A DNA stretch of 64,000 nt from Bdellovibrionales bacterium. GTDB taxonomy: Bacteria; Bdellovibrionota; Bdellovibrionia; Bdellovibrionales; UBA1609. Shown one piece after another: positions 38,876 through 47,466 of the stretch; position 1 is the first letter of the stretch; the number at the start of each line of letters is the position of its first letter. The notes below the pieces were generated by a model that searched no databases, was not told the origin of the DNA, and saw only the letters and a program-made list of their open reading frames with translations. The stretch covers positions 1,385,458 through 1,449,457 of the forward strand of contig OZ220488.1 of assembly GCA_965116155.1 (NCBI GenBank), in the 5' to 3' direction. The position numbers and the translations under genes are program-made.

Positions 38876-39616
38876 GTGGGGCTTTCTAGAATACAAAAAA
38901 CGCTGCTCGCCAAGGGGTTTAGCCTTATAGAGCTAATGGTGGCGGTTTCTATTATGGGGGTGCTGGTAGCAATAGCGGTGCCACAGTACCAGCGCTCTCA
39001 GGCCAGGGCCTTCCATGCAGGGGCGCAAAGCGCCCTTAGCACACTCTATATGCATGAGCAGAACTTTTACTACGAATGGGATGTATATGTAGGTGACTTT
39101 GGCCCTCTGGATTTTATACCCACTGGCACCTACTACTACGACCTGGGTTTTGCTCCTGATGACAGGGGTCTTTGCGGGACCGATATACTGGTGAGTGCCG
39201 ATATGACAATTGATGAGCTTTGTAATGGAGCTGCTACCGCGCCTGATTTCCCTAGTAGAAGATACACCGGCGCGCTTACATCAAGAAGGAGCAGGATGAA
39301 TCTTATAGGACTGTATTGCAGTAACAGGACGAATAACACATGCGACTATCTGGGTGAAGGTCATCGAAATGGAGTGTCTAAAGTGCAAAGTGATTTACTA
39401 ACTGGTGATCCTGATTTAGTAACTACCAATACATTTGTGATACCTGCTTTAGGTATGACACCCACTAATGGCGAAGAGGAGCGAGACTTTTGGGCCATTA
39501 ATCACTATAAAGTTGTTTGTCACAACACTCTTGCGGATGAAAGTAGTTTGACAGCTGCAAGGAGTTGGCTAGAGGACTTTGTTATGGGCAGTGAGGGTTG
39601 CCAAAATGATTTGTAA
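38876..39616 (+). CDS. Type IV pilin-like protein (prepilin N-terminal cleavage/methylation domain), 246 aa
   Basis: GTG start with the AAGGGG RBS. The leader is MGLSRIQKTLLAKG followed by FSLIELMVAVSIMGVLVAIAVPQY (Glu at +5). The globular part is Cys-containing. Confidence 0.85.
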   Translation: MGLSRIQKTLLAKGFSLIELMVAVSIMGVLVAIAVPQYQRSQARAFHAGAQSALSTLYMHEQNFYYEWDVYVGDFGPLDFIPTGTYYYDLGFAPDDRGLCGTDILVSADMTIDELCNGAATAPDFPSRRYTGALTSRRSRMNLIGLYCSNRTNNTCDYLGEGHRNGVSKVQSDLLTGDPDLVTTNTFVIPALGMTPTNGEEERDFWAINHYKVVCHNTLADESSLTAARSWLEDFVMGSEGCQNDL

Positions 39617-40427
39617 ACTAACAGCGCGCGCAAGGTCTTGGGCCAAGGCATTTACCTTGGTGGAGCTTATGGTGGTGGTGGTGATTATTGGTATCTTGGC
39701 TACCATTGCTGTGCCCAGTTACCACCGTATGCGCGTAAAGGCTAATATCGCCAAAGCCGAGTCCGAGCTAGTGGCGATACATGATATTATGCAGCTGTTC
39801 CATGCAGAGTGGCGGGCCTATGCAGGAGATTTGGGTGCGGCAGGCTATAAGCCCAGTGGGGATTATAATTTTGATATTGGTTTTAGGAACGGTCGCTTTT
39901 GTTCTTCTCAAGCCGGAATGTACAACGAAGAGACCGATTTTGTTTCACCTACACGGCATAGGGATATGGGAGGCAATGTACTTTTGGGTGACCAGCAGGG
40001 TATTGGTTGTGGGCCTTATGCTCAGAGAAAGTATGATGGACCTGCTAGTCCTTACCGCATTGCTTTGGTCCGTGTGGGTGGCTTGAATATGGGGGACGAA
40101 GACCCCGATGGTCATTTTTGCCGTGAGGATATGGCAGATGGTTTTGCATGCCGGTATGTGGGTGGCGGGCATGTGAAACCCTCGGCATTGGGTGCAGTCA
40201 TTTCGCCAGATCACTTTGTTAGTGTGGCTTTAGGTGTGCCAAGTGGCCACGCCCTTAGGACGATGGCGGCAGCGCTTAAGCGTAACTGCTATAATTTCCC
40301 TACGTTTGATAACATGATGGAGGGCACAGGTTGGGGCTGGGTAGGTTATGTGGATCAAAACAAAAACCTAAAAACTTACAAAATTAAGGCTATGGAGCAG
40401 ATTCCCCCCATTGGCTCCGGCTGCTAG
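39606..40427 (+). CDS. Second type IV pilin-like protein, 273 aa
   Basis: MICKLTARARSWAKA followed by FTLVELMVVVVIIGILATIAVPSY. It overlaps the upstream pilin gene by 11 nt. Confidence 0.8.
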   Translation: MICKLTARARSWAKAFTLVELMVVVVIIGILATIAVPSYHRMRVKANIAKAESELVAIHDIMQLFHAEWRAYAGDLGAAGYKPSGDYNFDIGFRNGRFCSSQAGMYNEETDFVSPTRHRDMGGNVLLGDQQGIGCGPYAQRKYDGPASPYRIALVRVGGLNMGDEDPDGHFCREDMADGFACRYVGGGHVKPSALGAVISPDHFVSVALGVPSGHALRTMAAALKRNCYNFPTFDNMMEGTGWGWVGYVDQNKNLKTYKIKAMEQIPPIGSGC

Positions 40428-40440
40428 CGCTCTAACTGCT

Positions 40441-41335
40441 CTAAAATTCTACCAACAGGCCGAGGTTGATGTGCGGGCCAGAGCGGATCTCGCTGGCTAA
40501 CTTGTTATTGTTAGCCCCTTGGGAGGCTGCAGGCTTAACCTTTAGCTTTAGCACATTTAAATACTGCCGCACCTCCACCAGTAGAAACACATTTTGCACT
40601 TTAGACTCCGTATAGAGATCCAAACTCGCACTGCGATCCAACCAATTTAACTGCAGCAAAGCTCCTACAACATAATACAAATCCAACGGAGCCTGGCCCT
40701 TTGCGCTAGAAGGCGCATCACCTGCTGCGGGGCGGCGCAGCAGGGGGAGGAGGGTCGCCATCTTGCATGGCGCCTGGGGGCATGGCACTTAGGGCTGCCG
40801 TATCGTCAGGCGTGGTTTTGTTTTTTTCTGTGTACCAAGTTTTATACACCCCCCCACCTACGAAAGGCGCCACCCAAGGCTCTTTTAAAAAAGCATCCAA
40901 AACCCACACCCCACCCACGGCAAGTTTAAACATGGTGAGGCGTGCCCTGTTATCGCCAGATGACTGTGTATTAAATAACACCCCGCCTCTGGCATCTAAT
41001 CCTAAAGACCCCAACGGAGAGTTCCACTTAGCTGCAAGTTGAGCCTCTATAAAGCGTGCGCTGTAGTTACCAAACACTCCCACAGGAGCCCCGGGCAATT
41101 GTAAGGAGGTATAATTTTTTGGAATATAAAAACTATACCGCCCCCCCGCATAAAACCCCCACCCCTTGCGACGCGCCTTATAAGGCACAGCGCGTGTGCG
41201 GCCCTCGGTGCCCACTTCTAAAGCCGGCCTTTGTAGCTCGACCAAGCCCTCTTTAGCCCATACATGTCCAGCGCCCCCATGCCAACAACCCAACACAACC
41301 AAGGCGAGTAAAGCTTTTGTCTTTTTCACTACCAT
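40441..41335 (-). pseudogene. Outer-membrane beta-barrel-like protein, split by a frameshift in a C/G-run region (40718-40790)
   Basis: The upstream ORF has the signal peptide KALLALVVLGCWHGGAGHVWA and alternating beta-strand-like sequence. The downstream ORF continues the pattern and ends in LLVEF (terminal Phe). Confidence 0.6.
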
Positions 41336-41342
41336 AGCTCCG

Positions 41343-42783
41343 CTATAACTCCGCCGCGTAATTGACAGGCGCTCTGCCCGGTCCTGGGCCTTTGTTAGTT
41401 GCTTGCAGCTCCTCTTGGTTTAAAACAAGTTCTGGCACTTCCTCAGCTCCTGACATAAGATTTTGAAACAAACCATACTCGGGCAACCACTTTAGCTTGG
41501 CGGTTCCCGTAGGGCCGTTGCGATTTTTGGCAATAATCACCTCGGCCAAGCCTTTAAGCTCAGGGTTGTCGCGGTTGTAGTACTCTGGCCTGTAAAGCAT
41601 CATAATAATATCTGCATCTTGCTCAATAGAGCCCGACTCCCTTAGGTCCGAAAGCAAAGGCCGGCGGTCCGATCGGCTCTCTACACCCCGATTCAGCTGA
41701 GCCAAAGCCACAACGGGCACCTGCAGCTCCTTAGCAACAGCCTTGAGGGTTTTAGAAATCTCCGACACTTCACGCTCGCGCGACTCCACGCGCACTTTTT
41801 AAATCCATTATTTGCAGATAATCCACAAAAATAATATCTAGCCCCTGCTTGCTGGCTTTAAGGCGCCGGGTTTTAGATAAAATCTCATACGGGCTGATAC
41901 CAGAGGTCTCGTCTATAAATAAAGCGGTGTCTGAAATTTTAGCTGCCGAACTTATAAGCTTTTCCCAATCGGGATCCATAAGTTTGCCGGTGTTAAGGCA
42001 CGATAAATTCAGGCGCGCATGGGCACCTAGCATGCGTAGCATAAGCTGCTCTTTCACCATCTCTACACTAAAGTAGGCGACGGTTTTTTTTAAGTTCACC
42101 GACATATGCAAAGCCAGGTTAAGGCTGAGGGCGGTTTTTCCCATAGAAGGCCTAGCCGCCAGCACACTAAGCTCGCCCGGCTGAAAACCGTGCGTTAGCT
42201 GGTCTAAGTCTTCAAAGCCAGAGCCTATGCCCGTTATGCTGTCTTGGTTCGTGTACAGGGCTTCAATTTTTTTAAGATTAGACTTAATAACATCACGCGC
42301 CTCTACCACATCGCCACGGTTTTGCGATGATGCCAAACCAAACACACCGGCCTCTACCTCATTTACAAAACTCTCTAAATCATCAAACTCCTGAGCGTAG
42401 GCCTTAGTGCTGTAGGAGTCCATTTTGCCTATCAGGCGCCGCAGTAGGGCTTTGTCTTTTACAATTTGAGCATAGTGGGCGGCATTAGTGGTGCTGGGAG
42501 TCTGATCCATAAGCTCTGCCAGGTACGCCGCGCCGCCTGTGCTTTCGAGCTGGTTTTTTTCCATCAGCCAATTGGTAACGGTTACCAAATCGGCCGCCTG
42601 GTTTTTATAATGCAGACTTCTTATGGCATTAAAAACTTGCTTGTGTGCTGGATGGTAAAAATCCTCTGCCGACACCATGGTGCCGAGCTCATCCCAAAGG
42701 GCTTGCTCCAACATCAAGGCTCCCAAAACAGACTGCTCTGCTATGAGATTTTGAGGCGGAATTTTCTCCTTTAAAGTGCCCAC
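41343..42783 (-). pseudogene. dnaB: Replicative DNA helicase DnaB, split by a 1-nt frameshift in a homopolymer (plus-strand T5 at 41796-41800)
   Basis: PPQNLIAEQSVLGALML, Walker A AARPSMGKTALSLNLA, IIFVDYLQIM then the break, followed by [29 protein letters not shown] and [18 protein letters not shown]. Confidence 0.92.
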
Positions 42784-42858
42784 GGTCCCCCAAAACCCTC
42801 CCTCAACAAGACCATTTGAACAAACTCCTCCCCAGGGAGTCTAGTCGTAGCGCTTTAA

Positions 42859-43212
42859 CCCATGGCATTTTCCTAGCGCTCTGATTTGTTATTTACTCAG
42901 TGTACGGAGCTTTGACGGCAATCTGGTCGCTTCGGGCCTTTGGCCCTTCTTTCTAGCCCGCCTGAGCATTTGAGTCTGTCGTTTGTCCTCCTGGGTTTTT
43001 CATCCTTGCAGGATGTTCCCAAGAGGACTGCACTCATTGCTCAAATGCTCAGACTAGGCTTTTATGCTTACGCACTTCGCTACAGGCTCATAGATGCTTC
43101 ATAGGTCGGAAAATGCCATGTGGGACGCTTATCTTCCTGATGGCCGCCCCTTCACAGGGGCTATCAGGAAGATGCGCTTAATCCCATGGCATTTTCCTAG
43201 CGCTCTGATTTG
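42859..43212. repeat. Mosaic repeat cluster flanked by a perfect 30-bp direct repeat. It contains the linker module, an 87-bp long hairpin (42964-43050) and hairpin AAAATGCCATG...CATGGCATTTT (43110-43195).
   Basis: CCCATGGCATTTTCCTAGCGCTCTGATTTG occurs at 42859-42888 and 43183-43212. The internal ~205-bp block is near identical to 50525-50728. Confidence 0.9.
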
Positions 43213-43571
43213 GGTTTTTTTTGCATAGTGATTTTGCAGAGGGTGATTTTTTTCTTAAGCGTACTGCGGTTGAGTCCCAAGAGCTTTGCAGCGCGCACCT
43301 GGGAGCCCTCGCACTCTATTAAGGATCTTTCAATAAGCGGCGCGCTAACCTCCTGGCATATGGCTTTGTATAGGCCTGTAATCCCCACCTGTGCGGGTTT
43401 TTCTTGATCAAAAAAAACGTCTAGTTTTTTTTGTACCAGCTCTTTAAGAGAAATTTTTCTTAAATCTGCAACCAGCAGGTGCCCCGATATGCCCGAGCCC
43501 GACTTGGCACCTCTGCCATTTGCAGCAGATGGTTTTAAAAACTTTTGGCCGTGGTGTTGATCGCTTCGCAC
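43197..43571 (-). CDS. Fis-family helix-turn-helix DNA-binding protein (start uncertain)
   Basis: The C-terminal HTH is GSQVRAAKLLGLNRSTLKKKI, preceded by LYKAICQEVSAPLIERSL. The stop and the last three codons lie in the boundary box. Confidence 0.7.
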   Translation of the reverse strand: MRSDQHHGQKFLKPSAANGRGAKSGSGISGHLLVADLRKISLKELVQKKLDVFFDQEKPAQVGITGLYKAICQEVSAPLIERSLIECEGSQVRAAKLLGLNRSTLKKKITLCKITMQKKPKSER

Positions 43572-43653
43572 TAAATAGAGTTTCTAAATGTGTCCCATAT
43601 TCTGTCAATGCCCATTTGCTTTGTAGGCAGCGCGGCAAGTACTATCAAATTAA

Positions 43654-45999
43654 ATGCTTAAGCCAGAAAAATCTTTCTCAAGAGACATACGCGCCAGTTT
43701 ATGGGGCGGGTGCACTTTACTTTTAGGATTTTCTTTGTGGGGCTACCACCCGCAGGACCCCTCGTTTAACTCCACAGGAGTTGGCCAAGGGGTGCTCAAT
43801 ATATGCGGGTTATTTGGCGCTTATGTTTCGGACCTGCTTTATCAATTTATGGGCCTTAGCGCTTGGGTGGTGGTTTTGGCTTGTGCTTATATTTGTGTGC
43901 AGCAGTTTTTTGTAGGCTTTCGCTCTAGTCCCAAACTTGTAAAGAGCGGGCTGCTTATATTGTTGGTGGTTACTTGTGCTAGCTTGGGCCAGCTGCATGG
44001 AGATGGGCATGGCTTTTTTGGCGGGCATATTAGCACGGGCGGTGTTTTGGGCGCCTGGGTGGTGCGGGCTTTGCTGCAGGCTTTTGGTTTTGTGGGGTCG
44101 GCCACTATTTTATGGACCTGCGCTCTAGTGCTGTTGGTATTTTACACCCAGGCCACTTTTCGAGAGTGGGCGCATTTGTTTATGCGTGGGGCTCGGTATT
44201 TAATGGTGCCGAGGCATTTGTTTTTGTGGCCTTTTCATATTGCAAAAGCTGTGGTGACAAAATGGCGCGCTCCTTTTGGCACGCAAGTGCCGCAACAAGA
44301 GGCTGACGAGCCTGCCCTTACGCCAAGGCCTTTGGTGGAGCAGGAGCCGGCTCCGGTTTTAGACCAAATGGGCCTCCGCGTAACGGCGGACCCTCGTTTT
44401 GAGGCGCCCAAGTTTGAACCCCAAAAGGAGGGGTTTTTTAGTATGGACTCCGGCCCTCAGTTGGCCAATTGGGAGCTGCCGCATTTAAAACTTTTAGACG
44501 ATCCTGTTTCAGCCGGCCCCTCAGTGGACCGGTACGAGCTTAAGAGCAGGAGCAAAATTCTGGCCGATAAGTTGGCGCAATTTAATGTAAGGGGTGAGGT
44601 CGTGGGGGTGCGTCCGGGCCCTGCTGTTACCTTGTTTGAGTTTCGGCCCAACGCTGATGTGAAGGTTTCTAAAATCACGGACCTAGCCGACGACTTGGCC
44701 CTGGCTTTAAGCAGCAAGTCCGTGCGCATTATCGCCCCCATACCGGGGCGTAATGTGGTGGGTGTTGAGGCGGCCAACCCTACGCAAAAGGTGGTTCACT
44801 TAAAAGAGGTATTTTTAAGCCAAGAGTTTTGGAGCAAAAACAAAAGCCTGCCCTTGGCTTTAGGGTGCGATGTAGGAGGGGTGCAGGCGGTGGTGGATTT
44901 GCGCAAAATGCCCCACCTATTGGTGGCGGGTTCTACGGGCTCTGGCAAGTCGGTTTTTATTACGTCCACCTTGCTGAGTTTGGTGTTTAGGCACTCGCCC
45001 AATACTTTAAAGTTGGTATTAATCGATCCCAAGCAAGTAGATTTGGCGGCTTTTAGCAAGTTGCCGCACCTGCTACTGCCGCCGATATACGACCCTAAAA
45101 AAGCGGTGGGAGCTTTAAAATGGGCTGTGCGTGAGATGGAAAAGCGCTACCGCTCGATGTCGCGCTTTGGCTCTCGGCATTTAGAGGCATTCAACCAAAA
45201 GGTAAGCGCGCTAACGCCTCAAGAGCGCGACCAGCACCAGGACCAAAACGCATCTGCTCCCAATGCGTCCTCGGCAGGAGAGGGGTACTATTTTACACCG
45301 CAGCCTTATGTGGTGGTGGTGGTGGAGGAGTTTGGTGATCTTATGGCGGTGGACAAAGCTGCGGTGGAGCACCAGGTGGTGCGATTGGCTCAAATGGCGC
45401 GCGCCTGCGGTATGCATCTGGTGCTCGCAACCCAAAGCCCCAGAAAAGACGTAGTAACGGGCCTTATTAAAACCAACATACCGGGGCGTATAAGCTTTAA
45501 AGTCGCCAGCAAGTTGGACTCGCGCATTATTTTAGATGAAGGCGGAGCAGAGCGCCTGCTAGCCAAAGGGGATATGCTCTTTTTGGCGCCTGGAGTCTCG
45601 GCCCCTACGCGTTATCACGGGCCTTGGGTGTCGGACTTAGACATCCAAAGCGTGTGCGACTTTTGGATCAACCAAGCGCCTGAGACTGCGGATGAGGCAG
45701 GCGCAAAAGTTTCTTGCCGGGCTGAGGATGTGAGTAGTTTTTTAGAAACCAAAACCAGCACAGACAGCAGCGCAGGTGGTGTGGATGCTATGGATGAGCC
45801 CATGTATGAGCAGATCGAGTCTTATATAAAGACGCTTAACTTTGTGAGCGTGTCTCTTTTGCAGCGGCGTTTTCGTTTGGGTTACCCTCGGGCCGCAAGG
45901 TTAATGGAACTTTTGGAGTCTAAAAGTGTTGTCGGCCCTGCTGAGGGCTCTAAGCCCAGAAAGGTCTTGGGCAAGTCTCCCGCTCCCCCCTTGCCTTAG
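43654..45999 (+). CDS. ftsK: DNA translocase FtsK
   Basis: Four N-terminal TM helices, Walker A VAGSTGSGKSVFI, GMHLVLATQSPRKDV, and the gamma domain VSLLQRRFRLGYPRAARLMELLE. Confidence 0.95.
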   Translation: MLKPEKSFSRDIRASLWGGCTLLLGFSLWGYHPQDPSFNSTGVGQGVLNICGLFGAYVSDLLYQFMGLSAWVVVLACAYICVQQFFVGFRSSPKLVKSGLLILLVVTCASLGQLHGDGHGFFGGHISTGGVLGAWVVRALLQAFGFVGSATILWTCALVLLVFYTQATFREWAHLFMRGARYLMVPRHLFLWPFHIAKAVVTKWRAPFGTQVPQQEADEPALTPRPLVEQEPAPVLDQMGLRVTADPRFEAPKFEPQKEGFFSMDSGPQLANWELPHLKLLDDPVSAGPSVDRYELKSRSKILADKLAQFNVRGEVVGVRPGPAVTLFEFRPNADVKVSKITDLADDLALALSSKSVRIIAPIPGRNVVGVEAANPTQKVVHLKEVFLSQEFWSKNKSLPLALGCDVGGVQAVVDLRKMPHLLVAGSTGSGKSVFITSTLLSLVFRHSPNTLKLVLIDPKQVDLAAFSKLPHLLLPPIYDPKKAVGALKWAVREMEKRYRSMSRFGSRHLEAFNQKVSALTPQERDQHQDQNASAPNASSAGEGYYFTPQPYVVVVVEEFGDLMAVDKAAVEHQVVRLAQMARACGMHLVLATQSPRKDVVTGLIKTNIPGRISFKVASKLDSRIILDEGGAERLLAKGDMLFLAPGVSAPTRYHGPWVSDLDIQSVCDFWINQAPETADEAGAKVSCRAEDVSSFLETKTSTDSSAGGVDAMDEPMYEQIESYIKTLNFVSVSLLQRRFRLGYPRAARLMELLESKSVVGPAEGSKPRKVLGKSPAPPLP

Positions 46000-46095
46000 T
46001 AGTGAGATTTAATGCGGTGGGATATGTGCTGTGGGCAGTTTAGTACTAAGCTGCTATTTGGGGCTGTGTTTGATTATTTTTTTGGGGGAGATGTT

Positions 46096-47106
46096 ATGAG
46101 GTTATCTATGGTCCTGGTTGTACGGATGGGGTTTTTGAGTTTGCTCTTGGGCTTGCTGTTGCCGGGTGTGTGCTCCGTAGCGGCGCTGCCTCCGTTTGAG
46201 GCTTTTTCTGGCGCAATTCCGGATGATGGATCTTCGGCTGATGAGTCTTGGGGGGATGTGTTTTTGTCAGGCGGGGATTGGGAGCCTGGGGAGGTCCCAG
46301 AGACGCCACAAGAGACGCCGGGTTTTCCGAGTGTTGAGGGCATGGTGAGGGTGAGTAGGTTTTTTTCTGGCTGTTCGGGTAGCTTGGTGGCTTTTGACAC
46401 TTACAGGGAGTCTGATGAGGCTTTGGTTTTAACTAATGGCCATTGTACGGGTAAGGGTTCTTATAAGGGGCGTTATCCTGGAGCGGGCGAGATTTTTATA
46501 AACCAGCCGCCTGGTCGCGTTAAGTTGAGATTTTACAACACCCAGGGCAAGAGCATGCGTTTTGCAGCAAGCGCGTTGCGGTATGCCACTATGTTAAAGT
46601 TTGACATTGCTTTTTATGCTTTGGGCAAAACCTATGGCGAGCTGCAGGCTTTGGGCTTTGAGCCTTTAATCATAAGCCGGCGCGAGGCTGTGGATGAGGG
46701 GCAGAGCCTGTTATTAGCGTCGAGCTATTGGAGGGTTGAGGGCCGGTTGGATATGTGGTCTTGGGTGGGCCAGCACTATGCGCCGGCTACTCAGGCCAAG
46801 CTGCTTGAGGGGCCGTGGAGCTGGTGGCCTATGCTGAGGCTGCGGCCTACGTCGGTAAGGCTGGTGGGCGGGATGTCGGGGTCGCCCTTGTTGGACTCTG
46901 CGGGTCAGGTGGTTGGCTTGTTGAACACAGGCTATACGGGGGGCGAGCCTTGCTCGGTGCACAACCCCTGCGAGGTGGCAGGTGACGAGCGTCTGGTGTA
47001 CGCAGGTGCAGGTTATGCTATGCCGCTAGCCACTTTGTACGGGTGTGTAGATGAAGAGTCTGGCACACTAGATATTTACCTACCCGAGTGTCCGCTGCCC
47101 AATTAA
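46096..47106 (+). CDS. Secreted trypsin-like serine protease
   Basis: RBS GGGGGAG precedes the ATG at 46096. The signal peptide is MGFLSLLLGLLLPGVCSVAA. The catalytic His context is VLTNGHC and the Ser context is GGMSGSPLLD. Confidence 0.75.
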   Translation: MRLSMVLVVRMGFLSLLLGLLLPGVCSVAALPPFEAFSGAIPDDGSSADESWGDVFLSGGDWEPGEVPETPQETPGFPSVEGMVRVSRFFSGCSGSLVAFDTYRESDEALVLTNGHCTGKGSYKGRYPGAGEIFINQPPGRVKLRFYNTQGKSMRFAASALRYATMLKFDIAFYALGKTYGELQALGFEPLIISRREAVDEGQSLLLASSYWRVEGRLDMWSWVGQHYAPATQAKLLEGPWSWWPMLRLRPTSVRLVGGMSGSPLLDSAGQVVGLLNTGYTGGEPCSVHNPCEVAGDERLVYAGAGYAMPLATLYGCVDEESGTLDIYLPECPLPN

Positions 47107-47466
47107 AGCGCTAGTAAAAACTCTTTAAGCAGTAAGTGAAGCCCCCTTGGCCCCCGTAGTGGGTGTCATGTAAGGGGGCGAAACGAAAGCCTTAAAGAGT
47201 TTTTACGACCTATACAGCTTACGCACTTATAGGTCGCAAAATAAAATTGGGTAATGCGCCATCTCCCTAGCAGACGCCTCTTGCTGTCTAGTGCACAAAA
47301 ATGCTTCAGGCAGGATCACTTGTCCCCCTGATGGCCCGCGCCTTTAGGCGCTATCAGGGAGACTGCGTAAGGCTGAAGACATTTTTGTTGGCACTTTTAT
47401 GCTTACGCACAGAGGCTGCTCTGGATCTGGCTTTTATTGCCCAATTTTATTTTTCTAGCACTCTAA
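47103..47466. repeat. Mosaic repeat cluster bridging two convergent genes
   Basis: Boundary variant TTAAAGCGCTAG (47103-47114). Hairpin AAAAACTCTTTAAGC...GCCTTAAAGAGTTTTT (47116-47204). Inverted TATAGGTCG pair. Hairpin AAAATAAAATTGGG...CCCAATTTTATTTT (47238-47454), which carries a nested insert. CTAGCACTCTAA (47455-47466). Confidence 0.9.
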
